64,000 bases of DNA from Ophelia neglecta (Eukaryota): NCBI GenBank assembly GCA_965285935.1, contig OZ260667.1, positions 26,102,001 through 26,166,000 on the forward strand, in the 5' to 3' direction. Numbering within the stretch: position 1 is the first letter of the stretch; the number at the start of each line of letters is the position of its first letter. Shown here piece by piece: positions 50,601 to 64,000 of this stretch. Under the pieces are notes generated by a model. That model saw only the letters and a list, made by a program, of their open reading frames with translations. It ran no database searches and was not told the origin of the DNA. The translations under genes were made by a program, and so were the position numbers.

Positions 50601-52439
50601 TTTACGTCAGATCGGGAGTCACGAACTTTCTCTTATTCCATCATAACACCATGACTACCAAGATGCAAGGTGTAATCAAATGTTTCAGTAATTGAATCTG
50701 CATGGCTTGAACGAAGTTTTTTTTTACAGAAATATGAAATTTATTTTGGCCAATATGTTTGTGCTAGAAACCAAATTAGCTTATACATGGCCTTCACCCT
50801 ACAAGTTTCGAGCGTAGGTGTGCAAAGTAGATTCGTCGGTTAGATACATGCACTTTTACGACGTTTCTCGTTGTTTTCGCATAGTCACAAGCTTCGGGGT
50901 GTTTCATTTGATTATTTTTGAACGTTGGCACTTCTTTTAAAAACAGTAGGTCTGTTACGAAGAATTGTTTTTAACATTTTACTTTAATCCATACCTTTTG
51001 TAAATTGCAGAGACGCTACATAGTCATATTTGTTGACTCGGTAATCAATTGTTCCAATTAAAACTTCAGAAAATAAAGCAATGTCAAATTACGATCATAT
51101 GCATCAACTTAGCAATTATAGTTTATTGCCGCTTGCGGCAGAGATATAGCAGCCCTTATATCTGGCACACAGGCCCTAAATTGATGCCTAGGTATTGCTT
51201 TCCGCGTGCTGCATATGTGTTGCCTAATGTTTATTTAGACATAAGCTATCCATTCTTACAGAAAGCTTCCCTCTGTAGAAGAAATATGAACTTGGTGAGT
51301 TTATAATGGCTAGCAACATACTATCAAAACAAAAAGTGCAGTGAGTTGGGGAGTAGATAAGTGACATGTGCATTTTATCACTCCTTTCCAATTACCTACT
51401 TAATTTACCTTGTAAATAACTGAAAGAAATTGATATCGCATTTGCTTAAACCAGTTTGCATTGTTTTACTGTGGACGTTATGTGTTGAAGGACGATTCAC
51501 CACTAATTACAATATTTGCTCTATAATAAAACCGAAAAAACACCAAAGTAATTTTGTTGGTTTCTCTAAAAATTTTGCAAGTAATTTACTTAATAAAGTC
51601 TTCAGCTGATCGTTTGACTCTCTCTGCTGGCAAAAAAAGCTATTACAACGATATGCCAAATTGACTATTGTAATAATGTACATCATAAAAAGACAAATGA
51701 ATAGAACTTGTATATTATGGTATCCTCTCATTATACATGAATTATCGTTGACGTCAGGAGTGGATAAGCTTTCAAGTACTACGAAACACTCTTGCTATAG
51801 TTGTGAATTGAATCATGCTTAAGTTAAAGTTGATAGAACACTTAAAGTGGGAAACAATGAAGCATAATTAGTTTGCAACATTGCACGGATTGTCCAAGTA
51901 TCGGATAATACCGCACCCTATGTGATAAGTCTTTTGGGATTTTAGATAATGATTTTCATTTGCAAACGTGCTTCCCTTGAAGTTTCTGACATAATTCAAC
52001 GAGCAGAGTAAAACCCAGCAGTGTTTATCAAAGGCTTTGTCTTCATAATTTTATATCAATTACACCTTTTTTAGTGCTAGATTTCCAATCGCGTATATGC
52101 CGACGAATGTACTGTTGGAGTCTGATCAAATGTCAAGGTGGAAAGGCGATATCATAATCTGTTCTCTCGCTGCGAAAACAGGTCAAAAAGACCAACAACT
52201 GTTAGTGACGGTAATAGGGCATAGTATGCTATCTAAGTGAAAGAAACTTATTTTGTCCAATACCGTACGTTCGTTTTTACGAGTTTTGACAAAAGAGTGT
52301 TGCAAATATATATTTAAAATGTGTGGCTAAAACTCGGGGATACAGGTAAATCACAATCTCAGATTGTGAACCTAATAATACAAAAAGATGTCCTAATTGC
52401 CCAAGAAATTACCATAACTTGATGTTACTATTCTGCTAA

Positions 52440-52830
52440 AGAACTTTCCAATGTCGAATATGGACATACTTTTGACATAGCCTCTTTTGGGGCATATTTC
52501 ATTTCTGTTGTACTTTGATCACTGAGTCGTTTGGTTTGTGATCTGACTCGCATCATGGACAACTGTGGACTACTTCTTATATCAATATCTTTGTTTAGAA
52601 TATCTTATTTTGTTACATGTTTATTTACTGCTTGTGAGCATGAGATTGGATTACTGATGTGTAAGGCAGGTGGTTCTTGATCACTTCGGACTGATTTAAT
52701 GGATGACTCTTGACTAAGAGTTGGCCTTGTCTGCCGGGGATGCACTCCCGTTGTTATGTTAGTGGATTTAGACAATGCATTTACTGAAATATAAGCCTTA
52801 TCTTTCTTAAGAGGAGAAAAAGGGAAACTA
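52440..52830 (-). mobile_element. Degenerate LINE relic, same family
   Basis: GGCATATTTCAT motif at about 52491 (EMKYA). ORF 52605-52889 contains AYISVNALSKSTNITTGV, resembling the RT motif VxVNxxxSxxxxITxGVPQG. Confidence 0.45.
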
Positions 52831-55800
52831 AAGACATGAACTACTCTATACCAATGTCCTCTGTGCGAAGTGGTGATTTTGACTTTCACGATCCGAGGGC
52901 TACTCCTTCATGGACCGAAGGGTGACACGCATTATAGTTTTACAGCGACTTAAATCTTAGTGACAGGTAATTTAGTGTTAATGGTGAACATGTGCCCCAG
53001 TAAGAAAGTTGTGTATAGCAAAGGACAGAGCATTGCTGTTCACCGTGTTTGTTTCTTTACTCCACTTGAATAAAGTCAGACAACACACGGAATAGATTGA
53101 TATTAATTTTGCCTCTGAGATCTGAAAAATGTGTTGAAAGCCGCATTTAGGTCAGACCCTAAACATTGCATAAGTCCCCTTTTAAAGCGTACATCGTAAG
53201 GAAACGGTTGTTAATATGGAAGAACCTTGCAATTTCTAAATAATATATCGGAATATGTCATTTAGAAGACAGTGGTTGGCAAACTTGAAAACAATTTATT
53301 TATTTCAATTCAGTTTAGGAGGATAATCCATAAGAAGTCCACTGAATTGGAAGTAGCTGTATGCCACAGATGAGCCAACTGGTACGCGTGTTGCACTCTA
53401 CTTGAATATCAAAACTCAGACACAACTAACACTCCAACTCATATTTGGATTAAATTGAAACGAAAGCTTAACATTAGGCAATTGTACACTACGCTGGAAT
53501 AAGGTAACATCAGTATTTAAGGTTCCAACTTGCACCCAACCTACAGGCACTGTATAACAACGCACATGTATTCTGCGAATTATCTGTTAAAATGTTTCAG
53601 CTGTTTAAATGTTTTAATGTAGCATAAAGTGGTGACATGGTAAAATTACATGCACGCTATAGATAACAGGGTGAGAACACATCAAAAACAAATCAAGTTA
53701 CAGACTAGTTTCAGACAGACTATAATAAACGGGTCTGTTATATTGATTTAAAAAGAGTAAGACCTGGTCTATGTTTAACACCAATTTAATGCTAATTGGA
53801 TCACCGTTTTGGTGGCGCTGTTATGAATCAATCTGCGCGAGCAGACCAGTCATGGCCTATGATACACAAATAACGCAACAACTAATCGTTGTTTTAACCA
53901 TTGGCGTAATTTTTTGCATTTTATCGGTTGCAGATATAGCATATTTGAGGCATTTAGGTGGTAGTATCACGTTGAACTGGGATATGCATTTGAAGGTAAG
54001 AGAGTAATATGTCTAATCTCTCTAATTAAGCAGGTAACCAGTTATATCATCATCACTCCTGAAAATAAACGAGAGTGAGAATGTACAAGTTTCAATCGAC
54101 GGAAATGCCAATTAAGATACCGACCGTGGTATGTCCTAAATGGTTCGACAGAGGTTGACGAGTTATCTGTTTTTATCCTAGGCAGCCTTAACCCGACCTA
54201 ACTGATTTTCCAATTAGAAGAAGGTTGTTTTACGAAGACGGTCAACGTACCTGCCACTTGTTACACAAAGCTTTAACATTAACAGTGTGAACCAGCTATT
54301 AAGTATGAAAAGGGCACTGCCTCCTTTCTACAGAGAGTCTATTACAAACTGGCAATGTATAGGTCAAAAGCCAGGCCATAGGCCATGGAAATGCTGCGCT
54401 TGAAGTCCTTTGCTTATCGACGAAAGCACTTCGCCATGGCTATCAGTCTTTGATATTATACCTGGGCCTTTAGTTCTAGGAGAAGGACAATGTGCCAGAT
54501 ATTACAAAGTAATAAACGCACCAATGAAGTAGTGGCTTTAAGAGTCTATTTTACAAATCACCACCTATGTGAGGTCTAAATTACCACATTGCAAACACAA
54601 TCTGCAGCTAAAAACCCTAACTGTCAAAAGTAATAACATCAGAAACTGAGTGGAAAGAGGCTGACTGCGAAACATTCATGTGCATATTTGTATAAATGCT
54701 GCTCTCGTGCATCTACCCAATATTCGTTCTCACGGAGGCACGAATATAAAGCTGAATACTTTACACGCGATCTCAGTAAAAGACCCTATTTAGTACTGGC
54801 AACTAAGTCGGTTTTACCGAATCGAAAAAAGGATAGAGGCATCTTAGATGCACACAGAGGTTAATTTTTTATCATTCGATGAAGAAGATGACAGCAAAAA
54901 GGATGAGACTACGTCTGTTCTTAATGCCAGTTTGTAATATTCATGCACATTCCCTTTGACCCAGAGGTACTTGTTTTGTCATAGATGAAAGAGATCACCT
55001 AGTTTAATGATCCGAGGCACATAAAGGGGATTTAATGGCCGCTAGCTCTTTATGTCTCTAACTTGATTCATTAAATCTTTAGAGCCCCCGAGTTTGCTCT
55101 ATCCTGAGAAAATACAGTCTGTCACACAGACTGACCCAGAATATGGCATTCATCTAGATAAACCCACGCTACTTATCTTCGTTGGAAGAGTTCCTTTCTG
55201 CTTGATACATTTGATACATCCGAAATCAATAGTTCAATAAGCCATTTCCTCACGACTTACTGATAAATTGATATTTTTTAACTATTTTATATAAAACTAT
55301 TTTACAAATTTAAACAATATTATTATATTCATGAACAGCTCCTTTTGCCGAGATTTTTAGATATATTATGCAATCTATAATAACTCGCAAATTGGTGTCG
55401 CCCTAGTTTTCTATCAGGGACATATAAATTTCGTAGTGACATACTGCATATATCTAATTGTCGTTAGTGTGAAAAGATATTCGCATTTGATTATAAGAGT
55501 TCCGATTATATCCAACACATTCGGTAAAATTGCTGAATAATTTAAAGAACCCTATCTTCTTAAGATTTATTATTTTGTGTTGTTACTTCCTGTTACTATA
55601 ACACCGGCAGTATTGTTTCAAACAGTTGGCTTTTGAATGGTTTATAATAAGACTCATCCACAGATGCGACAAAATACGTTGATGTAGAAATACATGCTGG
55701 CAATTGTGCATTTACTTTTATAATTGACGTTTATTGTAAAAAAAATGTTCTTTAGACGAATGTGATTAGTTACCTGGCATGAATTAATTTCAATTCTAAA

Positions 55801-58800
55801 GCAGTGTGCTAATATTCATGAACATAATTACTCAACACTTTAAATTTAATGCAGAACCGGAAGCAACGTAACTTTGCATATTGAGACATCATCGTCTAAG
55901 AATTTAAACCAAAGTTCATCTGTCTGCTTAGGAAAGCAGTTTGATTTATTAACACAAACATGTTAGATGAAAGGAAAGCGACTTGAGTTTTTATTGGTGT
56001 TACCTATAGAAAAGTTTGTATTCATCATCCTCCTTCCAGTCAAAATGGATCACGCTGAAAGTTGCTACTTCCTCCTTACATTGACCTGTCTGATTGCTAA
56101 TTGCCTTTCGGCCTTTGGCTGCAAAATCGAAGCTCACAAGCTGATGCGATTATTATTTATCACTTAAAATGTAACATAGTAAATTAATTCAATACAAGAA
56201 AGGCTAAAGTCCTGATACATAGAGTTCATTATTTAATGTTATGACAATAAGTGTTGCTAGTTTGTTACTTGTGAAGCACGTTTATTCACAGCAGTGGCAA
56301 TGGACAGGTGTTAGGAATTGTCTTCAGATACCGACTTCAATCACATCACACTAGAACCCCACGTTCGTTTCACTTCATCTGTGTTATACATGATATATCA
56401 TCGGGGAGGGGGGAGTGCTTCAGATACAGAAAACATATTTTCGTCGAAGGGGTTAGTTGAATATCCACAGGGACTAAAACTTGATTTCATCGATTTGCTT
56501 GGGAGCCAGCCCTTATTACTTAGCCCTACAACTTTTTCACGGGATCAGATTTGGCAGCCCCTTTAGAAAAGCGGTAGACCTATAATTGAGTGTGTCTGTT
56601 GTCCACAGGTGTTTTCCTGTACGGCGGGTGCTGCTCACATATACAACTTTCTAATGTTAGCTGATTCCGAGTCTACTTTGTCCAAAATCTAGCGATATAA
56701 TGCCCATTCCCCCCAAAAACACGCTCTAGACCAAATAAGTATTATATTGCCTAAATGTCATGTAATGTCTTGTAAATAAGGAAAGATTACCAGGTGCATT
56801 GTGCATGGCATTATATCCTCTTTGCTTTTAACTCAAATACGGTCCGCACCTCTAAATCCACAATCGACTAAGGATAAAAGTGAAGGTGGAGCGGACAAGG
56901 TGATAAAGGCCAGACTTTATATCAGCTTAATATCTCCAGGGCGCTCTGGAAAATATTTACAAACTTCATGTGTCCCGTCAAAGACTAGGTTGGTGTTTGT
57001 TTAGAGACAAACTTGATCTCGTATAGCGAATAGTGGTTAGAGAAGTTCAAAATATGCATGGATGATAATTAGACCAAAAGCCTGTCTTGTTCACAAGTGT
57101 CGATTAATCTAACTGTTGATTCATGTTTTTCCTAATTGTCGTTGTTTAATGCTGGCAAATCAAAAGTTACGAGCTTTGGCTTTTAATAATGTTCTACCCG
57201 ACGCCTTTTTTCCATGCTGTGGCCGGCGTTAAGTTATCACAAATGATACTCGCATCATAAAATATCAAACTTATGTTTGTACGCTCAGCCGAATGCATCG
57301 ACTGTCCAGTTACCGTTTTGCGGCCTGGGCAAATGATGACCTGAAGGCATCAAACAAACTCATCTTCTTCTGTACTCTTAATACACACATATTTCATACC
57401 TATCCGGAATCGAGCATAAATGTCGTTCTCTTATTAAAAAGTTCTGTGAGAGTCGTAAACATTTTGTGACCTCAATTTGGCAGTAGACACAATTGGGGAT
57501 GCATATTACCTTTATAGAATGCCCTGACCTTTGTAACTTGTAACACGAGTATTTTAATGGACTATGCTCGCCTGGGACGCTCATGCTAGCAAACGTCTGT
57601 TGTCGACGTTAAAAGGCCACATGATGCAGCAAAGGGGTATAATTGAGGTAAATGCCAGTTTTACACTAACTACCGTGGTTCACGCAGGCATCCCCTAACC
57701 CAAAGATAATTAAAAATCGAAAGAAGCTACATGCCTAGGACTAAAATACACTTGTTTAGTCCAACAATATTTGGTAACTGTTTGTCGCTCTTACCATAAA
57801 TAAAATTGGGTAAAGGTGAAAATAGAAAACCAGAATTATATTGAGCGATCAAAGAGCTAGGATAGCACAACAAAATATTCGAGATGACCATATGACAAAA
57901 TTGGATCAAATTACACGTAATTTACCGTCTTGGAAAGAATACTTTTCATATATTTTGTCCTTGAAACATCATCGTACAAAAAACAACATGAAATAAATGA
58001 CAGAAGTTGTTATTTTCGAATGTAAACTGCCAGAATTAGGCCTACTGGTGGATCTAAGCAGAAGCTTTGAATAGACACTTGTGAGCAGTGGAATGAGAGT
58101 AGATGTATAGGGTTGCATGTCGCTCAGAACCGCAAAAAAATAATCTACCCTTCGAAATCATATTTCGCATTTGGCATGTGTTTAGTCACAGTGAGCCCTG
58201 CTGGTAGATTATTAAGATTCACCCGTCTAGAATAAATCACCCACTTTTTCACGTACCGCCCCTATCACTTGATTTATAAAAATATACATGCTTACTTGCT
58301 GAAGTTCCTGCCTAGTTAGACTGACGTATATTTTCACATACGAATTTAAGTAATCGCGTGCAAAAAAAAACGCACAGTTACATCTAGGGCGATAAATGGG
58401 ATAAACCTATATGTTAAGAGAACTATGGCTATAAGATAATTAATTGGCTTTTAACAGTATACGCGATGTCAATCATTTTTTTTGGTATTCGAGGTCCCAT
58501 GGTGCACCTATCTCTCCCAGTTTATTGCTTAATGAACCTGATTCCATGCAGTTGTGACAGATACAGGTATTAAGGGAGATGGCCCTGACATCATTATAAG
58601 TTTGTCTAGGCCAAAACCAGGTTGATTCAATTAGTTGTATCGGGTTTCAAACAGTAAGATGTTACTGCAGACCTTTTACTGACAGAAGGTTTTTTAACAG
58701 CAGTGATTGAATCTATTAAGATTACTGATACGTTTACTTATAATATGTGCATTATTGTGTGGGTACACTTTGTTCAACGAGATTATTCGGTCTTTCTTTT

Positions 58801-61800
58801 TTTTAAAAACATACTTACAAATCAACTGTTTTATACTTAATTTCTTGTTTATTAGTTATTACATATTTGGTAAAATGCTAAAGCTTGTGACAGGTGCAAC
58901 TATTTAAACATTGGCAGGATAAACAGTCTGATTCAGAGACCTGGGAACTTTGTCACCAGACACTTGCGCAGGACAAACAATTGAAAGGATTGCGTGTATT
59001 GCCACAACTGCGAGAGTCATCCCTTCTTTTGTAGCATCAAGCCTAGTATGATTATCATTATTTGTTAACGGCTGCAATGGCTTAAGGACGAAAATGTGAT
59101 GTAGAATAAGGCGCAAAGTGACTTTATGAAAACAGGAGAAATAAATTAGGACGCAGAAGACTTAGAGTGCATTCTGTAGTCACCTGATGAGTACTGGTGA
59201 AATCCTCATCCTACAAACATTATTCCCATCCAGGTCGGGCGAGTATATTAGGTTTGCCCTAAGCACTGAAAAATGTCGGTAATTTGCGCATTCAACTTAA
59301 AAGGCCACTGGCTTTTTCTGATTGACTGATTGTAGTTTTTGTTTCGTTTTTTTAAACCGATCAAAATTTATGTTTCTTTGTGTAAAAAACTGCAATTATT
59401 CCGATAGATCAAAGAGAATTGAAAGTTTTAGACCAATTTGTCAATGTGCTTAATTTTTCTTGAAAATGGTGCTGAAGACGTGGGTGGCCGACTAATAAGG
59501 TGTAAGCCTTATGTTTTAACATGTAACACGCACGGGGCAAGCAGGCCATATACTTAGACCAGTACGTGAAGTCTTAATTACATAAAACACTGCAGCAGCA
59601 TTACGCAGACCATCATTTTTGGTCAAAATAATACGTTTACTTGTATAGGAAATGATGACTTACTGCTACCATGGCAAAGCTCTGAACCCATTTGAAACCA
59701 ACGGTCAATCCTTTTAGGCGTGGGCTTGGTAGTGCCCCAGTCGTCGATAATAATCATGATTATATGTTTATATTCTAACTTGAATAAGTAAATTGCACTT
59801 ATATTTTGAACATTTGCATTTGTTCAAATTACAAAGGGAATAACTGTGTATTAGAATGGCCAAGAGACCACGACTGATGTCTTTATATCCTCAACTGAGC
59901 GCCAGAGCTCTAAGGTGCCTAAGTGTCGATACAAAAGGAGTGAGTTACTGAGACTATGGACGAAGGGTGGAGTAAGTAGGTCACCTTCGTGCAACAGAAC
60001 AACAAATTACAGAGGCCAGTATGATCATTTTCCCGCCTTGATATCGGCGTCAGTCTAGACGCCTTTACTAACCATTTACTTCAATATCAGACAGGTCATT
60101 GTCGTTTCAAAGAGAGCAAAGTCACATGTAGATTGCAAATTTCCAAATACTTCCAAATAGTTCAGCAAATGGTTTATGTGATCTCGATTTCTACAAGCTA
60201 GATAAATATGTAGTTGGCACTGTTAGACGCCATATATCATTTAGTGTTTACCATTATATAACACAGTAATGATAGCGTCAGGCTGTGCACATGTCGCTCG
60301 AGTCGAGAACCAGTTATCAAGAAACAAGATTGCCATAGGTAATAACAAAGTAGCATAACATCTAAAAGGAGCACGCTAGGTTTTTGAAAAGCAAGGAGAA
60401 CCTTTCATAATATTCGTTTGAGGGAAATAAGCGGATTTTACTTAATGGCCCAAATATCCACGAAATAATTTGATATGGAACAAGAACATTGGGAATACCA
60501 AATCGACATTGGATATATGTTTTGTCATTTTTAATGGTGTCTCGGGAATGCAATGCACATCTGCTGTTAAAACTGAATTGAAATTTATACAGATCAGACT
60601 CGTTAATATCGATTTAATAATGTCATGTTCTCTACCCCATACAGCCCAACCTGATTCTAAAAAGTAAAAGGACAATAACTTGTTAACCTTAAAAAATAAG
60701 AATATCTTGCACTACCGACTTTTGAAGCTGCACCCAGAATCCTGGGATAAAAATACTGCATTGATTGGGACATAGCAGAAGATGAGGGTTGTGGACTAGG
60801 AATGCAGTAAGTGCAAACATGTGTTCCGAACATCGACTCCTTACATGAGTCAAACGCTGAATGCTCAGCGGCGGCTGCGTTTCATTAATACTCCCTCCCC
60901 GCTAAGGTACTAAGTATGTTGGTTCGTTAAATCAGGATAAAGGATGGCCATGAAATAACACATTTCACACGCATTCAAGCTATTGAATAACACTTAGTTT
61001 GCCTTTCATTACACTTTCCGTGTAATTCAAGAGGCCTATTTATGCCACGAGTTTTTAACTTGCAATATACAACAACTACTTTTATTACAAGCAACAGTTT
61101 ATGTCTTAGTCAACACCTAATTTGGGGAAATTGTAGGATGTCTGCGAAGTTGTTGAGCGCATGGCAGGACTATTTCTTCCAGGTTTTACTGGTCGTCTGG
61201 CGTAGAAACAAGCCTGCTTTAAGCTTTGCAAAACGCATGTTATCACCTGCTCTTCATTATTTGCTCCAGTATGATTTTAAACCTAGAATAGGCAAAGCAC
61301 AATTCATAAAAGATATTGGCCAGATGTTACATGGCTAAATCTTTGTCAACCTCCACTAGGTTGCTCACCCCGGCTTATGCAACCTCTCATGCCCCGTCTA
61401 CACATAGGTCGAGGACTAGTCCCTGGATTACGGATTCATATCGATCTGGGCCTTGGGGATATTTTGCTAATCGTAATGATGGATGAATCTTTCCAGGTAA
61501 AAATAAACAATTCCATTATAAATGTATTCTTAATAAAATATACAAATCAGCCACTGAATTCTCAAGGGTCCGATCAATTATGTTAATAAAAGTATGCTGT
61601 ACATCTCACCAGTCCATCGATGTATCAAGAGTTATGCCTTGAAGTGAAAAAGAGGAAAAATGGGTTCAGGGCAACGCTTGGGGAGGCAGCTTGTATTTGT
61701 AAACATACTCCTGGACCTTTTAGAAAACTGTGCCATTTTTGCAACCAAAGTAATGATGGATAATATGGATTCAAGTGAAATTATTATTTAAAAAACTTAC

Positions 61801-64000
61801 TTTGTAAAGCTCTAATGTTGGTTTCCGTTCGCTCTCTTTTTCGCTTCAATTGTTTAATATCTCATCGCATTTAACCGACGATGACCTATCGTTAGTCCCG
61901 GCCATTAATTTTACTTAATAAGCAGTGGTATTCAGGAAATGGAGTCTTAGAACTTCACCGCTCCGTCTGTAGCCAATTACTGCTTCCAAACATGTGCGGT
62001 ACAAAGACCGAGGGCTGGGTCTGAGATAAGTGAGACCCGGGCCCATGACAAGAAACATCGGGATCAATGATACGATAGCCTCGTTTAAAGACTAACGTGA
62101 GGTATAACTTAATGATTAGTAATAACGACGGAAACTGCCAGATATTGAGACAATAATTTGAGTTGTGCAGCTGACGATTGTAATTTCAGACAGTTTAATG
62201 GACTATTCTCGATGAATGATTTTCTATTGTCTTTCGCCTTTCCACTCCCGTTTTTCCAGACTGTGGCGTTTGCACGAATGTACTATAAAGATTATCTTGA
62301 GTTACAGCCGTGCTGTACCATTAACAAAGCTTGATTTATACGAGCAACTCATTATGAGAGACTTGATTAAAAATATCTTCCAGTCATAATTCCAGGAGAA
62401 GAATTTACTACCAGTTGATGATGAAGACATAACCCACGTGCCTGCCAGAGGGATAGGAATGGACCACCTAAGACGCCTTGATATTAATATATGTACTAGT
62501 ATTTTTGTGGCTCTTATTTGGCCTAAGGCACGACAGGGTTCGATTACAAAAACGCAGAGAACATATTGCAGTTTTTTTAATATGAACAATGGAAGAATTG
62601 ACATTCAGCTATATACATTGTATTTTATATGTTGTCGGATAACCCTGTATTATTTATGGGTAACCTACATTGGTTTTGTTGAGAGAGGCACGGTCCCACT
62701 TCAACATAAATGACATATTGACATAAAACGTAACGGAAACCTTAGATGAGATCACTGTATTTGTTCGATCTGCACAATGTTTCTAACCCAAACTAAGAAG
62801 CATATTTATTCAAAGGTTGATATTCCGTGGAGCTTGTGGGGCGAAAATCTTTATCTGTGGCGCTATATAGCTACGCGTTAACCTGACCAACGACCTGCCC
62901 ACATATCATTGCAGGTTTCCTCAACGTTATAAACTATTTACAAAAACAATTAATTCAGCAATGAAATAGTTCTAAACTCGGATACTTTTTGTAGTTCCTG
63001 CAACGGAAAGTTGAGTGGCGAAATGTGCAAATTTAAGGTGATAACAGCAGTCTGTCAGGACATGTGATCACTAATATCTGTACTTCAAAAAATGAGGTGC
63101 CTACGATGCGAAGATGCTAGATCTCCTAATCTTGCACAGCAAACATGAGCAGGGCATTCACTGCACAAGATGGCATGTTTTACCTGTATATGTGAGGTCG
63201 GTAACGTTTGAGTTAAGCGATTAGGAACATAATTATAGTAATATTTCTTTAACCGTGTTGCCAGGTAAGTACAGGAACAGTTAAATCTTGAGTCAGTCAA
63301 CGTCAGTAATGGCTGGTGAATGACAAGCAATACAAGTAAAATAATGACTGTTTTAGGAAAACAGGTGGAATATGTCAAGCCTACTTTTTATTTTACATAT
63401 ATAATAAACCGATTAGTATTGGTTGTCGACTAATTTCATGGACAAACGGAGTACTGGAAACGTAGCTAATGAACATGTTCACATAAAAAAGACTTTTAAA
63501 AGAAACATAATCATGTTTATCTTATCATTCGAAGCAGATAAAAAACACATTATATTATATTGAAGTACCACGCCCCAACGACATCAATTGCATATAGGAT
63601 TACGGGGTGTTTCATGTTTAGAACTTTCATAAGGACCAACCAGTCCATGTTGTCTTTCATTTTGCAAATCGACACCGATGATGAAAAAGGCAATAGACAC
63701 TTGACAAGTATAAACACGGATCAAAATCGAGGTGTTGGCGTTCAAAACCAAAGAGTCATCAACTGAGGGTAAAACTGGGTCGTATCAATTTCGTGTTATA
63801 TAACGAGTTGAAATAACTCTAAAGTAATGTTTTTAAACTGATTGAGGCCTAACAACCTTATTTTCGATGGACATTCCTTGGTTCATGTTGATGGGCTAAT
63901 TGCGGATCAATAATGATGTACTATTCTCTAGCAAGACTTAGATGTCCGAATTAGAACTCCCTCATTGGAACAACATTTAGAAATCTTAAGATAGATTCTA

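Noticed and set aside
50879-50890. Partial match to miR-153 (GCATAGTCACAA)
   Set aside because: Only 12 nt match, the ends disagree, and no supporting hairpin was seen.
59184-59205. Hammerhead ribozyme core CTGATGA...GAAA
   Set aside because: Stems I-III cannot be formed around the core.

Overview
AT-rich animal genomic DNA with GT-AG introns. The gene content suggests a lophotrochozoan, probably an annelid (inference). No prokaryotic operons, CRISPR arrays, rRNA or tRNA were seen. Three spliced genes could be rebuilt by hand in the first 28 kb. (1) A plus-strand type I membrane protein with SUEL/Gal_lectin, CUB, sushi-like and TM domains and a Cys/His-rich tail (4661-9208). (2) A minus-strand CD225/dispanin (IFITM/PRRT1-like) protein with a PPSY motif and ten 9-aa PQQxxYPGQ repeats (14155-15043). 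(3) The main finding, on the minus strand (21400-25526, 5' end not found): two tandem ionotropic-glutamate-receptor ligand-binding domains. In each, S1 is fused to S2 by a 7-aa linker inside a single exon, with no M1-pore-M3 and no M4. They are followed by a mucin-like stalk and a GPI-like hydrophobic C-terminus, so this looks like a channel-less, surface-tethered iGluR-derived binding protein with a rewired pocket. Mobile DNA includes a 244-bp MITE with a 9-bp TSD, a 5'-truncated RTE-X-like LINE pseudogene, several copies of an old degenerate LINE-derived family, and a DNA-transposon-like repeat block. In 30-64 kb I found no recognisable gene. All calls are by eye; no database searches were run.
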